Origin: an uncultured Gammaproteobacteria bacterium
Lineage (GTDB): Bacteria; Patescibacteriota; Microgenomatia; Levybacterales; UBA12049
NCBI GenBank assembly: GCA_964521295.1
Contig: CAZFRF010000001.1
Span: 206,146-270,145 of the forward strand
DNA length: 64,000 bases
Reading direction: 5' to 3'
Part shown: positions 47,909-58,721 of the stretch, in pieces
Position numbering within the stretch: the first letter of the stretch is position 1
Layout of the letters: each line of letters starts with the position of its first letter
The notes under the pieces: generated by a model
Told to the model about the DNA's origin: nothing
What the model saw: only the letters and a program-made list of their open reading frames with translations
The model's database searches: none
Made by a program: the position numbers and the translations under genes

Positions 47909-49897
47909 ATGCAATTTAAATTAAAATCAGATTTTAAGCCTACTGGTGATCAACCTCAAGCTATTGAAAAGCTAACCAAAGGTTTTGCAGAAAATAAACA
48001 TCATCAAGTGCTCCTTGGTGTTACAGGTAGTGGAAAAACCTTCACAATGGCAAATATGATCCAAAAAATTCAAAAGCCTACTCTAATTATTTCTCACAAT
48101 AAAACGTTAGCAGGACAACTTTACCAAGAATTCAGAGATTTTTTTCCAGATAATGCTGTTTCATATTTTGTTTCCTACTATGATTTCTATCAACCAGAAG
48201 CATATATTCCCTCTTCAGATACATATATAGAGAAAGAAGTAGAAATTAATGAAGAAATAGATAAATTAAGACTGGCAGCAACAACCAATCTTTTAACTAG
48301 AAAAGACGTTATCGTCGTTGCTTCAGTATCATGTATCTATAACCTTGGCTCCCCTATTGAATACGGAAAGTTCATCTTAGAACTTAAACCAGGCGTAAGA
48401 CTTGAGCAAAGAGACATTTTAGTTAGACTTGCTGATTTACAGTACGAAAGGAATGATTACTCTTTCCAAAGAGGAAGTTTTAGAGTCAGAGGAGAAGATA
48501 TTGATCTTTTCCCTTCATATAGTGATTTAGGCCTTAGAATTAGCACTTTAAATGGCAAAATAAAGCACATTATTGAATTTGACCCCTTAACTGGTGACAA
48601 CCTAAGAATCTTAGATGGAACAGTTATTTATCCAGCTAAACATTACATGACAGATCCAACAACTTACCCAAGTGTTTTCCCGCAAATCAAAAAGGATTTA
48701 GATGAGCAAGTAGCCAAATTTAAAAAAGAAGGCAAATTAATCGAAGCGCAAAGAATTGCTCAAAGAACCAATTTTGATCTAGATATGATTAGAGAGATTG
48801 GTTACGTTAATGGAATAGAAAACTATTCGAGATACTTTGATGGCAGGAACCCTGGAGATGCTCCCTACTCTCTACTTGAATATTTTAGAGCTTGCGATTC
48901 TGATTACTTAACCATTATTGATGAGTCACATATTACTCTTCCGCAGATTAGAGGAATGTACAACGGAGATAGAGCTCGAAAAGAAAACTTAATTAATTAC
49001 GGCTTTAGACTTCCTTCAGCTCTAGATAATAGACCTTTAAAATATGAAGAATTTGCAACTAGAGTTAAAAATTTAGTTTATGTTTCTGCAACACCAAATG
49101 ATTACGAACTATCTTTAGCTAAGGAATATGACGCCATTGCGGAACAGCTAATTAGACCAACTGGACTTGTTGACCCTGAAGTTACAGTTAAGCCTAGCAA
49201 GGGACAAATTGAAGATTTAATCACTGAAATTGAAAAAACTGTAAAAAATAAACAAAGAGTTTTAGTAACCACTTTAACCAAGAGAATGGCAGAAGAACTA
49301 TCAAGTTATTTAATGGAAAGAAATATTAAGGTTTCATATCTTCATTCAGACATTGAAACCTTAAAGCGCCAAGACGTATTGGATAAATTAAGAGAGGGAG
49401 AATATGACGTACTAATTGGCATTAATTTACTTAGAGAAGGCTTAGACTTACCTGAAGTATCTTTAGTTGCAATCATTGATGCTGATAAGGAAGGTTTTTT
49501 AAGAAGTAGAAGTGCTCTAATTCAAACAATGGGAAGAGCCGCAAGAAATGTTGATTCAAGAGTAATTATGTATGCAGATAAAATTACTGGATCAATGCAG
49601 GCAGCAATTGATGAAGTTGAGAGAAGAAGAAAAATTCAAATGGAATATAATAAAAAACATAACATCACTCCAACTACAATTTCAAAATCAATTAGAGCTA
49701 GGCTTGTTGAAGAACAAATAGAAGAAGAAAAACAAGCAAATTATCTTTTATCACTTCAATCCAAAGAGGTTTTACTTCCTGACGAAAAAGAAAAACTAAT
49801 TAAAAAATTAACTGCGCAAATGCGCGAGGCTGCAAAAGAACTAGATTTTGAAACTGCAACCCTTCTTAGAGATCAAATCCGCCAACTTAAAAAATAA
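47909..49897 (+). CDS. uvrB: Excinuclease ABC subunit B
   Basis: GVTGSGKT, YYDFYQPEAY, DESH, GINLLREGLD, C-terminal UVR. Confidence 0.98.
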   Translation: MQFKLKSDFKPTGDQPQAIEKLTKGFAENKHHQVLLGVTGSGKTFTMANMIQKIQKPTLIISHNKTLAGQLYQEFRDFFPDNAVSYFVSYYDFYQPEAYIPSSDTYIEKEVEINEEIDKLRLAATTNLLTRKDVIVVASVSCIYNLGSPIEYGKFILELKPGVRLEQRDILVRLADLQYERNDYSFQRGSFRVRGEDIDLFPSYSDLGLRISTLNGKIKHIIEFDPLTGDNLRILDGTVIYPAKHYMTDPTTYPSVFPQIKKDLDEQVAKFKKEGKLIEAQRIAQRTNFDLDMIREIGYVNGIENYSRYFDGRNPGDAPYSLLEYFRACDSDYLTIIDESHITLPQIRGMYNGDRARKENLINYGFRLPSALDNRPLKYEEFATRVKNLVYVSATPNDYELSLAKEYDAIAEQLIRPTGLVDPEVTVKPSKGQIEDLITEIEKTVKNKQRVLVTTLTKRMAEELSSYLMERNIKVSYLHSDIETLKRQDVLDKLREGEYDVLIGINLLREGLDLPEVSLVAIIDADKEGFLRSRSALIQTMGRAARNVDSRVIMYADKITGSMQAAIDEVERRRKIQMEYNKKHNITPTTISKSIRARLVEEQIEEEKQANYLLSLQSKEVLLPDEKEKLIKKLTAQMREAAKELDFETATLLRDQIRQLKK

Positions 49898-49943
49898 TAT
49901 TGACAAACTATCTTCTACACAGTACTATCCATTAAATATTGAT

Positions 49944-50516
49944 ATGGCAAAACAACCTGAAATACCAACAGTTGCAGTTAATTTTGATGAACTATCTCTT
50001 GTAAGAAGAGCTAAAAAAGAAAGAAAAAAAGCAGTCAAACGCTTAGAAGATTTAGATAGGAAAAGACGTGAATTAGTACCGCTTACAGGTAGATTAGACA
50101 AAGCAGTTGTTGAGTTAATACAAGCATCTGTAAATACAGATTCAGATGACCCAAGATATTTTCCTGTAAGAGATCATCAATATAGATATGCTTTTGACTT
50201 ACCTGGCGAACAAGAACCTTTCCATGTATCTATAACTGCCTCTATACTCGATCAAGGAAAAAGATATATAGATCCAGCCACCTCTGATGCCTGGAGGTAT
50301 ACAATATCTGGACCATATACAAGAGGCCATGGTTCACCTCTGCATGATCTTAAAAAAGATGGTAATAATAATTACGCTGTTTTAGGATTTGGAAAAGACG
50401 GAAAACAAGTCTCTACATTACCTAAACCCAAAACAATTACTAATTACGCAAACTTAATTACTGGCTTAACACAAGGCATACAAGCAGGTGCAGTAAGAAT
50501 AACTTCTCGTGGTTAG
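49944..50516 (+). CDS. Hypothetical protein
   Basis: Open ORF; TTGACA-17-TACTAT promoter at 49900-49928 supports ATG 49944. Confidence 0.6.
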   Translation: MAKQPEIPTVAVNFDELSLVRRAKKERKKAVKRLEDLDRKRRELVPLTGRLDKAVVELIQASVNTDSDDPRYFPVRDHQYRYAFDLPGEQEPFHVSITASILDQGKRYIDPATSDAWRYTISGPYTRGHGSPLHDLKKDGNNNYAVLGFGKDGKQVSTLPKPKTITNYANLITGLTQGIQAGAVRITSRG

Positions 50517-50517
50517 A

Positions 50518-50546
50518 TTGACTCCGCAACGCAAATTAATTATAAT
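50518..50546 (+). promoter_or_regulatory. Near-consensus sigma70 promoter
   Basis: TTGACT-17 nt-TATAAT. Confidence 0.75.
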
Positions 50547-50558
50547 ACCAATCTTAAT

Positions 50559-50726
50559 ATGAAAAGAATTGAAGCGTTAAATGCCAGATGGAAAGGTTAT
50601 AAAGAAAAAAGAGCAAGGAAAAGTTTTATTCCCGTTGAAACACCTAAGAGATCTGAAATGTGGGGAACAGTTTTTGACGCGCATCATCCTCAAGAGCCAT
50701 TGGGTAAAATCGTAACAGAAAGCTAA
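50559..50726 (+). CDS. Small basic hypothetical protein (55 aa, not in ORF track)
   Basis: MKRIEALNARWKGYKEKRARKSF...GKIVTES*; directly behind the promoter at 50518. Confidence 0.55.
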   Translation: MKRIEALNARWKGYKEKRARKSFIPVETPKRSEMWGTVFDAHHPQEPLGKIVTES

Positions 50727-50769
50727 TTATCTTCTAAATATAAATTTTTTCTGAAGGAATTAGGGGAAA

Positions 50770-51057
50770 TTAATTTAACTTTTTATTTCTTAAATAATAA
50801 AGCTTTGCTCTTCTAACGTTTGATTTAATATGTCCCTTAACAACTGTTTTCTCAATATTAGGAGACATAACTGGGAAAATTCTTTCTACTCCCACTTCTC
50901 CAACCATTTTTCTAACTGTAAAAGTTTTGTTGTCGCCTCTACCCTTAATTTTTAAAACAACGCCTTCAAAAACCTGAATTCTGGTTTTTTCACCTTCAGT
51001 TACTTTTTGAAAAACTCTTACTACGTCGCCTGGAACAAAATCAATTTTTGCAATCAT
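50770..51057 (-). CDS. rplS: 50S ribosomal protein L19
   Basis: PGDVVRV...RIQVFEGVV...VGVERIFP...[10 protein letters not shown]. Confidence 0.96.
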   Translation of the reverse strand: MIAKIDFVPGDVVRVFQKVTEGEKTRIQVFEGVVLKIKGRGDNKTFTVRKMVGEVGVERIFPVMSPNIEKTVVKGHIKSNVRRAKLYYLRNKKLN

Positions 51058-51101
51058 AGGCATTATTATACCTCAAATTAGTTTTAAGCTCAAGAATTAG
51101 T

Positions 51102-52766
51102 TTAAGCTAAAGATTCAACGAATTCTAGAAAGATTGGATGAGGTTTCAAGGGTCTACTTTTATATTCAGGGTGTCCCTGAGTACCAATATAAAAAGGGTG
51201 ATTTTTTTTAGGAAGTTCGATTATTTCAACTAGATCTTCCTTCTTAGATCTTGCACTAATTATTAATCCATTTTTTTCAAAATCATTAGTAAATTGATTA
51301 TTGAATTCGTATCTATGCCTGTGTCTTTCACTTGTTAAATTTGCAGATTTTTGTTTAAACCCAGAATATTTATTGTATATATCCCACGCTCTAGTTTTCT
51401 TTTTAACTACCGCTTCCCAACCTCCCAGACGCATTGTTCCGCCAAACTGCTTGCTTGCTACTAAATCTCTTTGATTAGCAATAAAATGAATAACCGGATG
51501 TTTTGTTTTTTTATTTTCTTCAGTATTTGCATCTTTAAAGCCTAAAACGTCTCTGGCAAACGCAATTACAGCAAGCTGCATTCCGTAGCAAAGTCCAAGA
51601 TAGGGAATTTTATTAATTCTGGCAAAGCTAGCTGCTTTTATCATACCCTCTGCTCCCCTTTCACCCCAACCAATAGGCACAATTATCCCTCTTAAGTCTT
51701 CAATTTCTCCAAAAACCTTTGCTGCACCTTCTTTTTCAACTTTTTCCGCATCTACCCAGACTGTTTCTACTTTCATATTTTTCTTCCAGCCAGCATGATC
51801 TAGAGCGTCAAACAAAGCTGCATAAGAATCTTTAAGTTGATATTCTCCTGTTCCAAAATATTTACCAACAATCGCAACCTTAGCAGTTTTTTTCTGAGAC
51901 TTTGTACTTTCTACAAACGCTTTCCAAGCAGTTAAATTAGGCTCTTTAATTTTTAAACCTAACTTTTGCAAAATCCTTTTATGCATATTTTGCTTATATA
52001 AAACAAAGGGTATTTCATAAACACTGTCTAAATCTGGAGAGGAAATAACATCTTCTTTATGAATATTACAAAAAAGTGCGAGCCTATCTTTACGTCTTTG
52101 ATCCAAATATCTTTCTCCCCTTGTTACCAAGAAATCAGGCTGAATTCCCATGGTATTTAAAGTTCTAACAGAAAGTTGTGTAGGTTTTGTTTTAGGTTCT
52201 CCTAGGTGTCCAGGAGTAGGCACATAACTAACATGGATATGAATAACGTCTTTTGGTCTTTTAAGAGTGAGCATACGTGAAGCTTCATAAAAAAGTGCAT
52301 TTTGATACTCCCCTGCAGTTCCACCTAATTCAACAATAATAATATCAGGATTATCTTTGTCTTCAAGAATTTTAATTCTTCGCATTATCTCATCAGTTAT
52401 ATTAGGAATTGCTTCAACATCCTCACCGTTATATTCAAATCTTCTTTCTCTATCAATTACTGTTTTATAGATTTTACCCATGGTTACAAAATTATCTTTA
52501 CCCATATCCATATCCAGATATTTTTCGTAAGTTCCTAAATCCATATCTCCCTCTGTTCCATCTTCACACAGGAATGGATCGCCATGTTCTATAGGGTTAA
52601 TAGTACCAGCATCTACATTCAAATAATTCTCGAATTTAATTGGAGAAATCTTGAAACCTGCTGATTTTAAAATTAAGGCGATTGAGGCGGCGGTAGTACC
52701 TTTTCCGATTCCGGAAATTACTCCACCCGAAACAAAGATGTATTTTGTAGACTTTTTACTGGGCAC
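51102..52766 (-). CDS. pyrG: CTP synthase
   Basis: KYIFVSGGVISGIGKG, KTKPTQ, GLCYGMQ, ERHRHRYE, HPE. Confidence 0.97.
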   Translation of the reverse strand: MPSKKSTKYIFVSGGVISGIGKGTTAASIALILKSAGFKISPIKFENYLNVDAGTINPIEHGDPFLCEDGTEGDMDLGTYEKYLDMDMGKDNFVTMGKIYKTVIDRERRFEYNGEDVEAIPNITDEIMRRIKILEDKDNPDIIIVELGGTAGEYQNALFYEASRMLTLKRPKDVIHIHVSYVPTPGHLGEPKTKPTQLSVRTLNTMGIQPDFLVTRGERYLDQRRKDRLALFCNIHKEDVISSPDLDSVYEIPFVLYKQNMHKRILQKLGLKIKEPNLTAWKAFVESTKSQKKTAKVAIVGKYFGTGEYQLKDSYAALFDALDHAGWKKNMKVETVWVDAEKVEKEGAAKVFGEIEDLRGIIVPIGWGERGAEGMIKAASFARINKIPYLGLCYGMQLAVIAFARDVLGFKDANTEENKKTKHPVIHFIANQRDLVASKQFGGTMRLGGWEAVVKKKTRAWDIYNKYSGFKQKSANLTSERHRHRYEFNNQFTNDFEKNGLIISARSKKEDLVEIIELPKKNHPFYIGTQGHPEYKSRPLKPHPIFLEFVESLA

Positions 52767-52803
52767 GATTTACTATATCAAATGAAATTTTTGTAGTCAA
52801 TTA

Positions 52804-53250
52804 CTATTTTTGATATTTCTTAAAATACTGAGGATATTTTTTCATTGTAAATTGTACTCCAGAATGTAAGGGATGCGGTAAGGCTGGTAATTTAAATATT
52901 GCCATCTCATCAAATTTATCAGTTTCAGTAATTTTAGCTTTGTTTATATCAACTTTTACAAAAAATGGGATTATTAACCAATGGGATTTTTTACCATCAA
53001 TAGTTCTAATAATTGAGTGTGCTGGCAATTGTTCTTGAATCTGACCAATTACCCCATACTCTTCTTTCACTTCCCTTAAAACGGCTTTTTCAACATCTTC
53101 CCCAAAATCTACTTTTCCGCTACCAAAATCCCATTTACCAACTTCATCACGAGCTTTAGATCCTCTTTTATGCAACAGGAAATTTCCCTTACCATCGTTG
53201 CAGTAAAAAGGTGTTGCTACGGCAATATAATCAAAGCCAGGTTTTAACAT
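52804..53250 (-). CDS. NUDIX hydrolase
   Basis: GKVDFGEDVEKAVLREVKEEYG Nudix box. Confidence 0.9.
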   Translation of the reverse strand: MLKPGFDYIAVATPFYCNDGKGNFLLHKRGSKARDEVGKWDFGSGKVDFGEDVEKAVLREVKEEYGVIGQIQEQLPAHSIIRTIDGKKSHWLIIPFFVKVDINKAKITETDKFDEMAIFKLPALPHPLHSGVQFTMKKYPQYFKKYQK

Positions 53251-53254
53251 TACT

Positions 53255-53328
53255 TGGAGCGGGATACGAGAATCGAACTCGCGTCTCTTCCTTGGGAAGG
53301 AAATATTCTACCACTGAACCAATCCCGC
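53255..53328 (-). tRNA. tRNA-Gly(CCC)
   Basis: GCGGGAT...ATCCCGC-TCCA, anticodon arm TTCC-TT-CCC-AA-GGAA; CCA encoded. Confidence 0.95.
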
Positions 53329-53382
53329 ATAGGAAGATTATAACTCATGTTAAGTAAGTTTGTAATTTCTCGTTATCGCAGG

Positions 53383-54018
53383 TTATCTAGGTAGCATTAT
53401 TGTATTATCTGCGTGAATTAAGTTTGGATCTGTTAATTTATTAATTCTTGCAATTTCTACCCATTTATAACCATCTCCGTATGCTCTAACAGCTATATGC
53501 CATAAATCATCGCCTCTTTGGATTTTATATGATCTTCCAGCGATTCTACTTGTTGTATCACCCGCAACATTTTTAACTGTTGGGGTAGGGGTAACTTGAT
53601 TTGCTTCAGCTGTTCTTTGCTTTACGTTAGGCAACATAAGTTTGGTTCCAGCAAATAATACACTTGGATTTTCTAATTTATTTGTATTTGCGATATCGAT
53701 CCAGTTGTATCCTGAACCATAAACACTTTGTGCAATATGCCATAAATCATCACCAGGTTTTACAGTATATGTTTTAAACTTAACTGAATTTAGTGCATCT
53801 TGCTCTACAGATGTTGCTGTTGAACTAGTATCTTGCAGCATTTTATTTCTTTCTTTTAAGAAAGAGAAAATGAGAATTACAGAGATTACTACAACAACTG
53901 CTCCTAAGAATAAACTTGTATAAGATTCTCCCCATTTAATTTGGGAAAGAAATCCTGGATTTTTCTTAATTTCCTTGACAGCAGTTTTTGTAACTGTTTT
54001 CTTTTTTGTTTTTGCCAT
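53383..54018 (-). CDS. Membrane-anchored protein with two LysM domains
   Basis: YTVKPGDDLWHIA and YKIQRGDDLWHIA repeats; AGGAGG SD. Confidence 0.93.
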   Translation of the reverse strand: MAKTKKKTVTKTAVKEIKKNPGFLSQIKWGESYTSLFLGAVVVVISVILIFSFLKERNKMLQDTSSTATSVEQDALNSVKFKTYTVKPGDDLWHIAQSVYGSGYNWIDIANTNKLENPSVLFAGTKLMLPNVKQRTAEANQVTPTPTVKNVAGDTTSRIAGRSYKIQRGDDLWHIAVRAYGDGYKWVEIARINKLTDPNLIHADNTIMLPR

Positions 54019-54063
54019 TTTGCCTCCTTTCTGAGCAGAAGAAATTATGTAGTTTGGGACAAG

Positions 54064-54138
54064 CGGGATGGACGGGACTCGAACCCGCGACCTCCTCCGT
54101 GACAGGGAGGCGCTCTAACCAAACTGAGCTACCACCCC
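54064..54138 (-). tRNA. tRNA-Asp(GTC)
   Basis: GGGGTGG...CCATCCC-G, anticodon arm CTCC-CT-GTC-AC-GGAG. Confidence 0.95.
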
Positions 54139-54199
54139 AAACTGTTCGTATCTTAACAAAAATTTGAATTATCTTCAAGGCTCTGGTATGATTTTTCCA

Positions 54200-55969
54200 A
54201 TGAGCAACCAAGAAATTGCTAAGCTTCTGGAAAACGTTGCTACAGCCTACATTATTAAAGACGAAAAGAAATTTAAATTTCAACTTCTTGCTTATCAAAA
54301 AGCAGCGGAAACTGTCAGAAATTTAAACAGAGAACTCGTTGATTACTACAAAGATAACGAACTAGAATCTCTTCCCGGAATTGGACCAACTCTAAGAGGA
54401 CATTTAATTGATCTGTTTAAAAATGGTGAAGTTAAACATTTTGATTGGGTATTAGATGGAATACCTAAATCTGTTTTTGTCTTAACCGATATTCCAACCT
54501 TTGGTCCTAAAAAAGCCTATCGCTTGGTTTCCCAATTTAATTTAACTGATCCCAAAACTGTCATTGAAGATTTGAAAAAAATTGCTGAAAAAGGAGAAAT
54601 CGCCAAACTCGAAGGATTCGGAGATAAGTCACAAGCCGACGTAATAAGAGCAATTAATGAATTTAAAGAAGGAAAAGGCAAAACGACCAGAATGATTCTC
54701 CCTTATGCATATGAAGTTGCTCAGAAATTAATTGAGTATATGCAAAAAAATCCTGACGTTGACAGAATCGAGGCCTTAGGTAGTTTTAGGAGGAGACAAT
54801 CTACAGTAGGAGATTTGGATTTTGCCGTTGCCACAGCAAAACCTAAAGAAGTAATTGAATATTTTGTAAATTACCCATCTAAGGAAAGAATTATCGAAAA
54901 AGGCGATGTCTCAGCTTCAATTTTAGTAGCCGGAGGAAGGCAAGTTGATTTACTCATTCAACCCAAGGGAGCATTTGGATCTTTACTTCAGCATTTCACA
55001 GGCAGTAAAAATCATAATGTCGCGTTAAGAGAATATGCTCTAAAAAAGAATTTATCTCTTTCAGAATATGGAATAAAAAATTTAAAATCAAAAGACAAAG
55101 AAATACAGCAATATGCTGATGAAGAAAAGTTTTACAACGCAATTGGACTTTCGTTTATCCCACCAGAAATTAGAGAAAATACAGGAGAAATAGAATTAGC
55201 TGAAAAAAATAAATTACCTAAGCTCATTGAGCTAACTGATATTAAAGGAGACTTTCATATTCACTCAAGTTTTCCCATTGAACCAAGTCATGATTTAGGA
55301 CAAAACACAATGGAAGAGATGTTGACAGTTGCAAATGATCTAGGCTATGAATATTTAGGATTTTCTGAACATAACCCAAGTACCTCCAAACATACAAATG
55401 AACAAATTTATTACCTGATTAAAAGACGCAATGATTTAATTGATAAACTTAATTCAAGTAAAAAATATATTCGAATATTTAAATTGCTCGAAACTGATAT
55501 CTTGCCTTCAGGCGAGCTTGCAGTAGATGATAAGGCGCTTGAACTACTAGACGCATCAATTGTTTCCATTCATAGTGTTTTTAAAATGGACAAAGACAAG
55601 ATGACAGATAGAGTCATAAAAGGTCTTTCTCACCCAAAAGCCAAAATTCTTGCCCATCCTACCGGTAGACTCTTAAATGATAGATTTGGTTATGAGTTAG
55701 ATTTTAAGCGGATTTTTAAATTCTGTAAAGAAAATAATAAAGCCCTAGAAATTAATAGCTGGCCCCAAAGATTAGATCTTCCCGATTCACTAGTAAAAGA
55801 AGCAATTGAAAACGGAGTGAAACTGGTAATAGACAGCGATAGTCATGCTGCAAGTCAAATGAATCAACAAAAATATGGTGTCTTTGTTGCTCGAAGAGGA
55901 TGGGCAAAAAAAAGTGACATAATTAACTCATTCAGTTATAATGAAATTACTGACTGGTTCAGTAAATAA
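54200..55969 (+). CDS. polX: DNA polymerase X / PHP fusion
   Basis: GSFRR..TVGDLD, QHFTGSK, PPEIRE; PHP HIH, EH, DSDSH; TTGAAT-17-TATGAT promoter supports ATG 54200. Confidence 0.95.
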   Translation: MSNQEIAKLLENVATAYIIKDEKKFKFQLLAYQKAAETVRNLNRELVDYYKDNELESLPGIGPTLRGHLIDLFKNGEVKHFDWVLDGIPKSVFVLTDIPTFGPKKAYRLVSQFNLTDPKTVIEDLKKIAEKGEIAKLEGFGDKSQADVIRAINEFKEGKGKTTRMILPYAYEVAQKLIEYMQKNPDVDRIEALGSFRRRQSTVGDLDFAVATAKPKEVIEYFVNYPSKERIIEKGDVSASILVAGGRQVDLLIQPKGAFGSLLQHFTGSKNHNVALREYALKKNLSLSEYGIKNLKSKDKEIQQYADEEKFYNAIGLSFIPPEIRENTGEIELAEKNKLPKLIELTDIKGDFHIHSSFPIEPSHDLGQNTMEEMLTVANDLGYEYLGFSEHNPSTSKHTNEQIYYLIKRRNDLIDKLNSSKKYIRIFKLLETDILPSGELAVDDKALELLDASIVSIHSVFKMDKDKMTDRVIKGLSHPKAKILAHPTGRLLNDRFGYELDFKRIFKFCKENNKALEINSWPQRLDLPDSLVKEAIENGVKLVIDSDSHAASQMNQQKYGVFVARRGWAKKSDIINSFSYNEITDWFSK

Positions 55970-55984
55970 AGGAGGTGACCACAT

Positions 55985-56533
55985 ATGAACTTAGTAATAA
56001 TCGGAATAATAATTTTAGCGATACTTGCATTCGTTTGGTTTCTTTACAACAGCATAATTGTTGCTAAATTAAGAATCTCTGAAGCTCTTTCGCAAATCGA
56101 TGTTCAGCTAAAAAGAAGGACAGATTTAATCCCAAACTTAGTTGAGACCGTAAAAGGTTATGCAAAACATGAAAAAGAATTATTTGAGAAAGTTACAGAA
56201 GAAAGATCAAAATTAATAACTGCTTCATCAACAGGTGAAAAAGCAAAAGTTAATAACGAACTTTCCCAAACTCTTAAATCAATTTTTGCTATTGCTGAAA
56301 GCTATCCTGACTTAAAAGCAAGCCAAAACTTTTCAGAACTTCAAGCAGAAGTTTCAGATACGGAAAACAAAATAGCTTATGCGCGACAATTCTATAATTC
56401 TGTTGTATTAGACTACAACACTAAATTAAAGCTATTTCCAAACGTTTTAATAGCTGGACTTCTTAATTTTAAAGAAGCAGAATTTTTTGCTGCAACCGAA
56501 GAAGAAAAGAAAGGTGTAAAAATTAGTTTTTAA
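55985..56533 (+). CDS. lemA: LemA-family protein
   Basis: IDVQLKRRTDLIPNLVETVKGY, AESYPDLKA. Confidence 0.95.
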   Translation: MNLVIIGIIILAILAFVWFLYNSIIVAKLRISEALSQIDVQLKRRTDLIPNLVETVKGYAKHEKELFEKVTEERSKLITASSTGEKAKVNNELSQTLKSIFAIAESYPDLKASQNFSELQAEVSDTENKIAYARQFYNSVVLDYNTKLKLFPNVLIAGLLNFKEAEFFAATEEEKKGVKISF

Positions 56534-56536
56534 TCC

Positions 56537-57439
56537 ATGAATATTTATTCTGCAATAACTGCAAATAAAAATAAAACGTGGTTAATAATGTTACTTTTTG
56601 TGCTTATTATCACCACTATTGTTTATGTATTTAGTAAGGCAATGGGCTATGGAATTGGTTTTGCTGGCATTGCTCTAGTCTTTGCTGGAATTACCAGTAT
56701 TGGCAGCTACTATTACTCAGATAAACTTGTGTTGGCAACAAGTGGCGCAAAAGAAATTGTTAAAAGCGATAGTCCTGAATTATTTAGAATAGTTGAAAAT
56801 CTAGCAATTGGCGGTGGTCTACCTATGCCAAAGGTATACATTATTCACGACGCTGCTCCCAATGCCTTTGCCACTGGCAGAGATCCTAAGCATGCAGTGG
56901 TCTGTGTTACGACAGGTCTTTTAGAATTAATGAACAAAGCTGAACTTGAGGGTGTAATTGCCCATGAACTTTCTCATGTCAAAAACTATGACATAAGACT
57001 TATGGGTATTGTGGCAATTTTAGTTGGTTTTATAGCAATAGCTTCAAACATGTTCACTAATCATCTGTGGTTCGGTGGAATGGGAAGAGATAGTGACGAC
57101 AACAATAACAGATCTACTCCAATCTTTTTAATCATAGGTATTGCTTTGGCAATACTTTCCCCTATTGCTGCGACGATAATTCAACTAGCAATCTCAAGAA
57201 AAAGAGAATTCTTAGCCGACGCATCCGGAGCTTTGCTTACCAGATATCCAGAAGGCCTTGCTTCAGCTTTAGAAAAGCTAGATCAGTATCCAAGATCTTT
57301 AAAATCAGCAAATAATGCCACAGCTCATCTTTTTATTGTTAATCCTTTTAAAGGAAAAACTGCCAAACAATGGTTTACCTCACTGTTTGACACCCACCCA
57401 TCTATTGAAGAACGCGTAAAAGTATTGCGTTCTATGTAG
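56537..57439 (+). CDS. htpX: Zinc metalloprotease HtpX
   Basis: PNAFATG, AHELSH, SRKREFLAD, THP. Confidence 0.95.
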   Translation: MNIYSAITANKNKTWLIMLLFVLIITTIVYVFSKAMGYGIGFAGIALVFAGITSIGSYYYSDKLVLATSGAKEIVKSDSPELFRIVENLAIGGGLPMPKVYIIHDAAPNAFATGRDPKHAVVCVTTGLLELMNKAELEGVIAHELSHVKNYDIRLMGIVAILVGFIAIASNMFTNHLWFGGMGRDSDDNNNRSTPIFLIIGIALAILSPIAATIIQLAISRKREFLADASGALLTRYPEGLASALEKLDQYPRSLKSANNATAHLFIVNPFKGKTAKQWFTSLFDTHPSIEERVKVLRSM

Positions 57440-57440
57440 C

Positions 57441-58721
57441 ATGAATTTATTAATTGTTTTATTTGGCAAACTTTTTCTTAAAGCAATTAAATTTCTCAAT
57501 CTTGGTAATGGCTCCACTTGGCCAGGACATATTGCCCTAGCAATTAATAAAAATTTTGTTAACAGTTTTCTTAAAAAATCCAAAATAAAAGTTATTTTAA
57601 TTGCAGGAACCAATGGCAAGACAACAACCGGTAAACTTATTGCTCATCTTTTAACTGCAGCCGGCAAGACAACAATTGAAAATGATTCAGGCGCCAATCT
57701 TTTAAATGGTCTAGCTTCAACTCTAATAAAGGGTGGAGATCTGTCAGGCAAAATTCATAAAGATTATTTAATTTTTGAAGCGGATGAAAACGCTCTTTCG
57801 CAAGTCTTAAAACAACTAGATCCTAATTACTTAATTTGCCTTAATCTTTTCAGAGATCAGCTAGATAGATACGGCGAAATTGACTCTATTGCCAAAAAAT
57901 GGAAAGAAGCATTTACCAATTTAGACAAAACCACGACTCTGGTATTGAATGCTGATGATCCACAAATTGCCTATCTTGGAAATAAACTTGATTGCAAAAT
58001 CCTGTATTTTGGGTTGTCAGAAAAAACCTCGCAAACCAAAACAACTCACGGTGCTGATTCGATTTTTTGCCCTAAATGTGAACAGAAATTAACATATAGC
58101 TCCGTCTTTTTTTCTCATTTAGGCATTTGGGAATGCAATAACTGCAAACTCAAAAGACCAAAAATTCACACCCAAGACTTAAAAGCCTATCCTCTGCTTG
58201 GCACATACAATAAATACAATACCCTTGCAGCCTATCTGATCGCAGCAGCAGAAAATTTAAAAGTTACAACTATCATACAAGCCCTCACTACATTTAAACC
58301 TGCTTTTGGCAGACAAGAAAAATTATCCTTTATGGGAAAAGACGTTCAAATCTTTCTCTCTAAAAACCCAACTAGCTTTAATGAATCATTGGATACCATA
58401 AAAAATATTAATGGCAAAAATCTACTACTACTGTTAAATGATCAAATTCCAGATGGATTAGACATCTCCTGGATTTGGGATATTAATTTTGAAACTAACC
58501 TAGCAAAAGATCTTAATATTTGCGTCTCTGGAGATAGAGCATGGGAAATGGGACTAAGACTAAAACACGCAAACATCTTCACGCATATTGAAGAAAATTA
58601 TGAGAAAGCTTTAACAGCAATGACAGAAAATTTAAATTCCAACGAAACACTCTTTATTCTCGCTAACTATTCTGCAATGCTAAATATTAGAAAAACAATC
58701 ACAGGCAAAAAAATATTATGA
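57441..58721 (+). CDS. murT: MurT-like ligase (lipid II isoglutaminyl synthase subunit)
   Basis: GTNGKTTT, NLFRDQLDRYGE, Cys4 Zn finger, DISWIWD, NYSAM. Confidence 0.9.
   Translation: MNLLIVLFGKLFLKAIKFLNLGNGSTWPGHIALAINKNFVNSFLKKSKIKVILIAGTNGKTTTGKLIAHLLTAAGKTTIENDSGANLLNGLASTLIKGGDLSGKIHKDYLIFEADENALSQVLKQLDPNYLICLNLFRDQLDRYGEIDSIAKKWKEAFTNLDKTTTLVLNADDPQIAYLGNKLDCKILYFGLSEKTSQTKTTHGADSIFCPKCEQKLTYSSVFFSHLGIWECNNCKLKRPKIHTQDLKAYPLLGTYNKYNTLAAYLIAAAENLKVTTIIQALTTFKPAFGRQEKLSFMGKDVQIFLSKNPTSFNESLDTIKNINGKNLLLLLNDQIPDGLDISWIWDINFETNLAKDLNICVSGDRAWEMGLRLKHANIFTHIEENYEKALTAMTENLNSNETLFILANYSAMLNIRKTITGKKIL

Noticed and set aside
53966-54298. 110-aa minus-strand ORF
   Set aside because: Spans tRNA-Asp and is antisense to polX; shadow ORF
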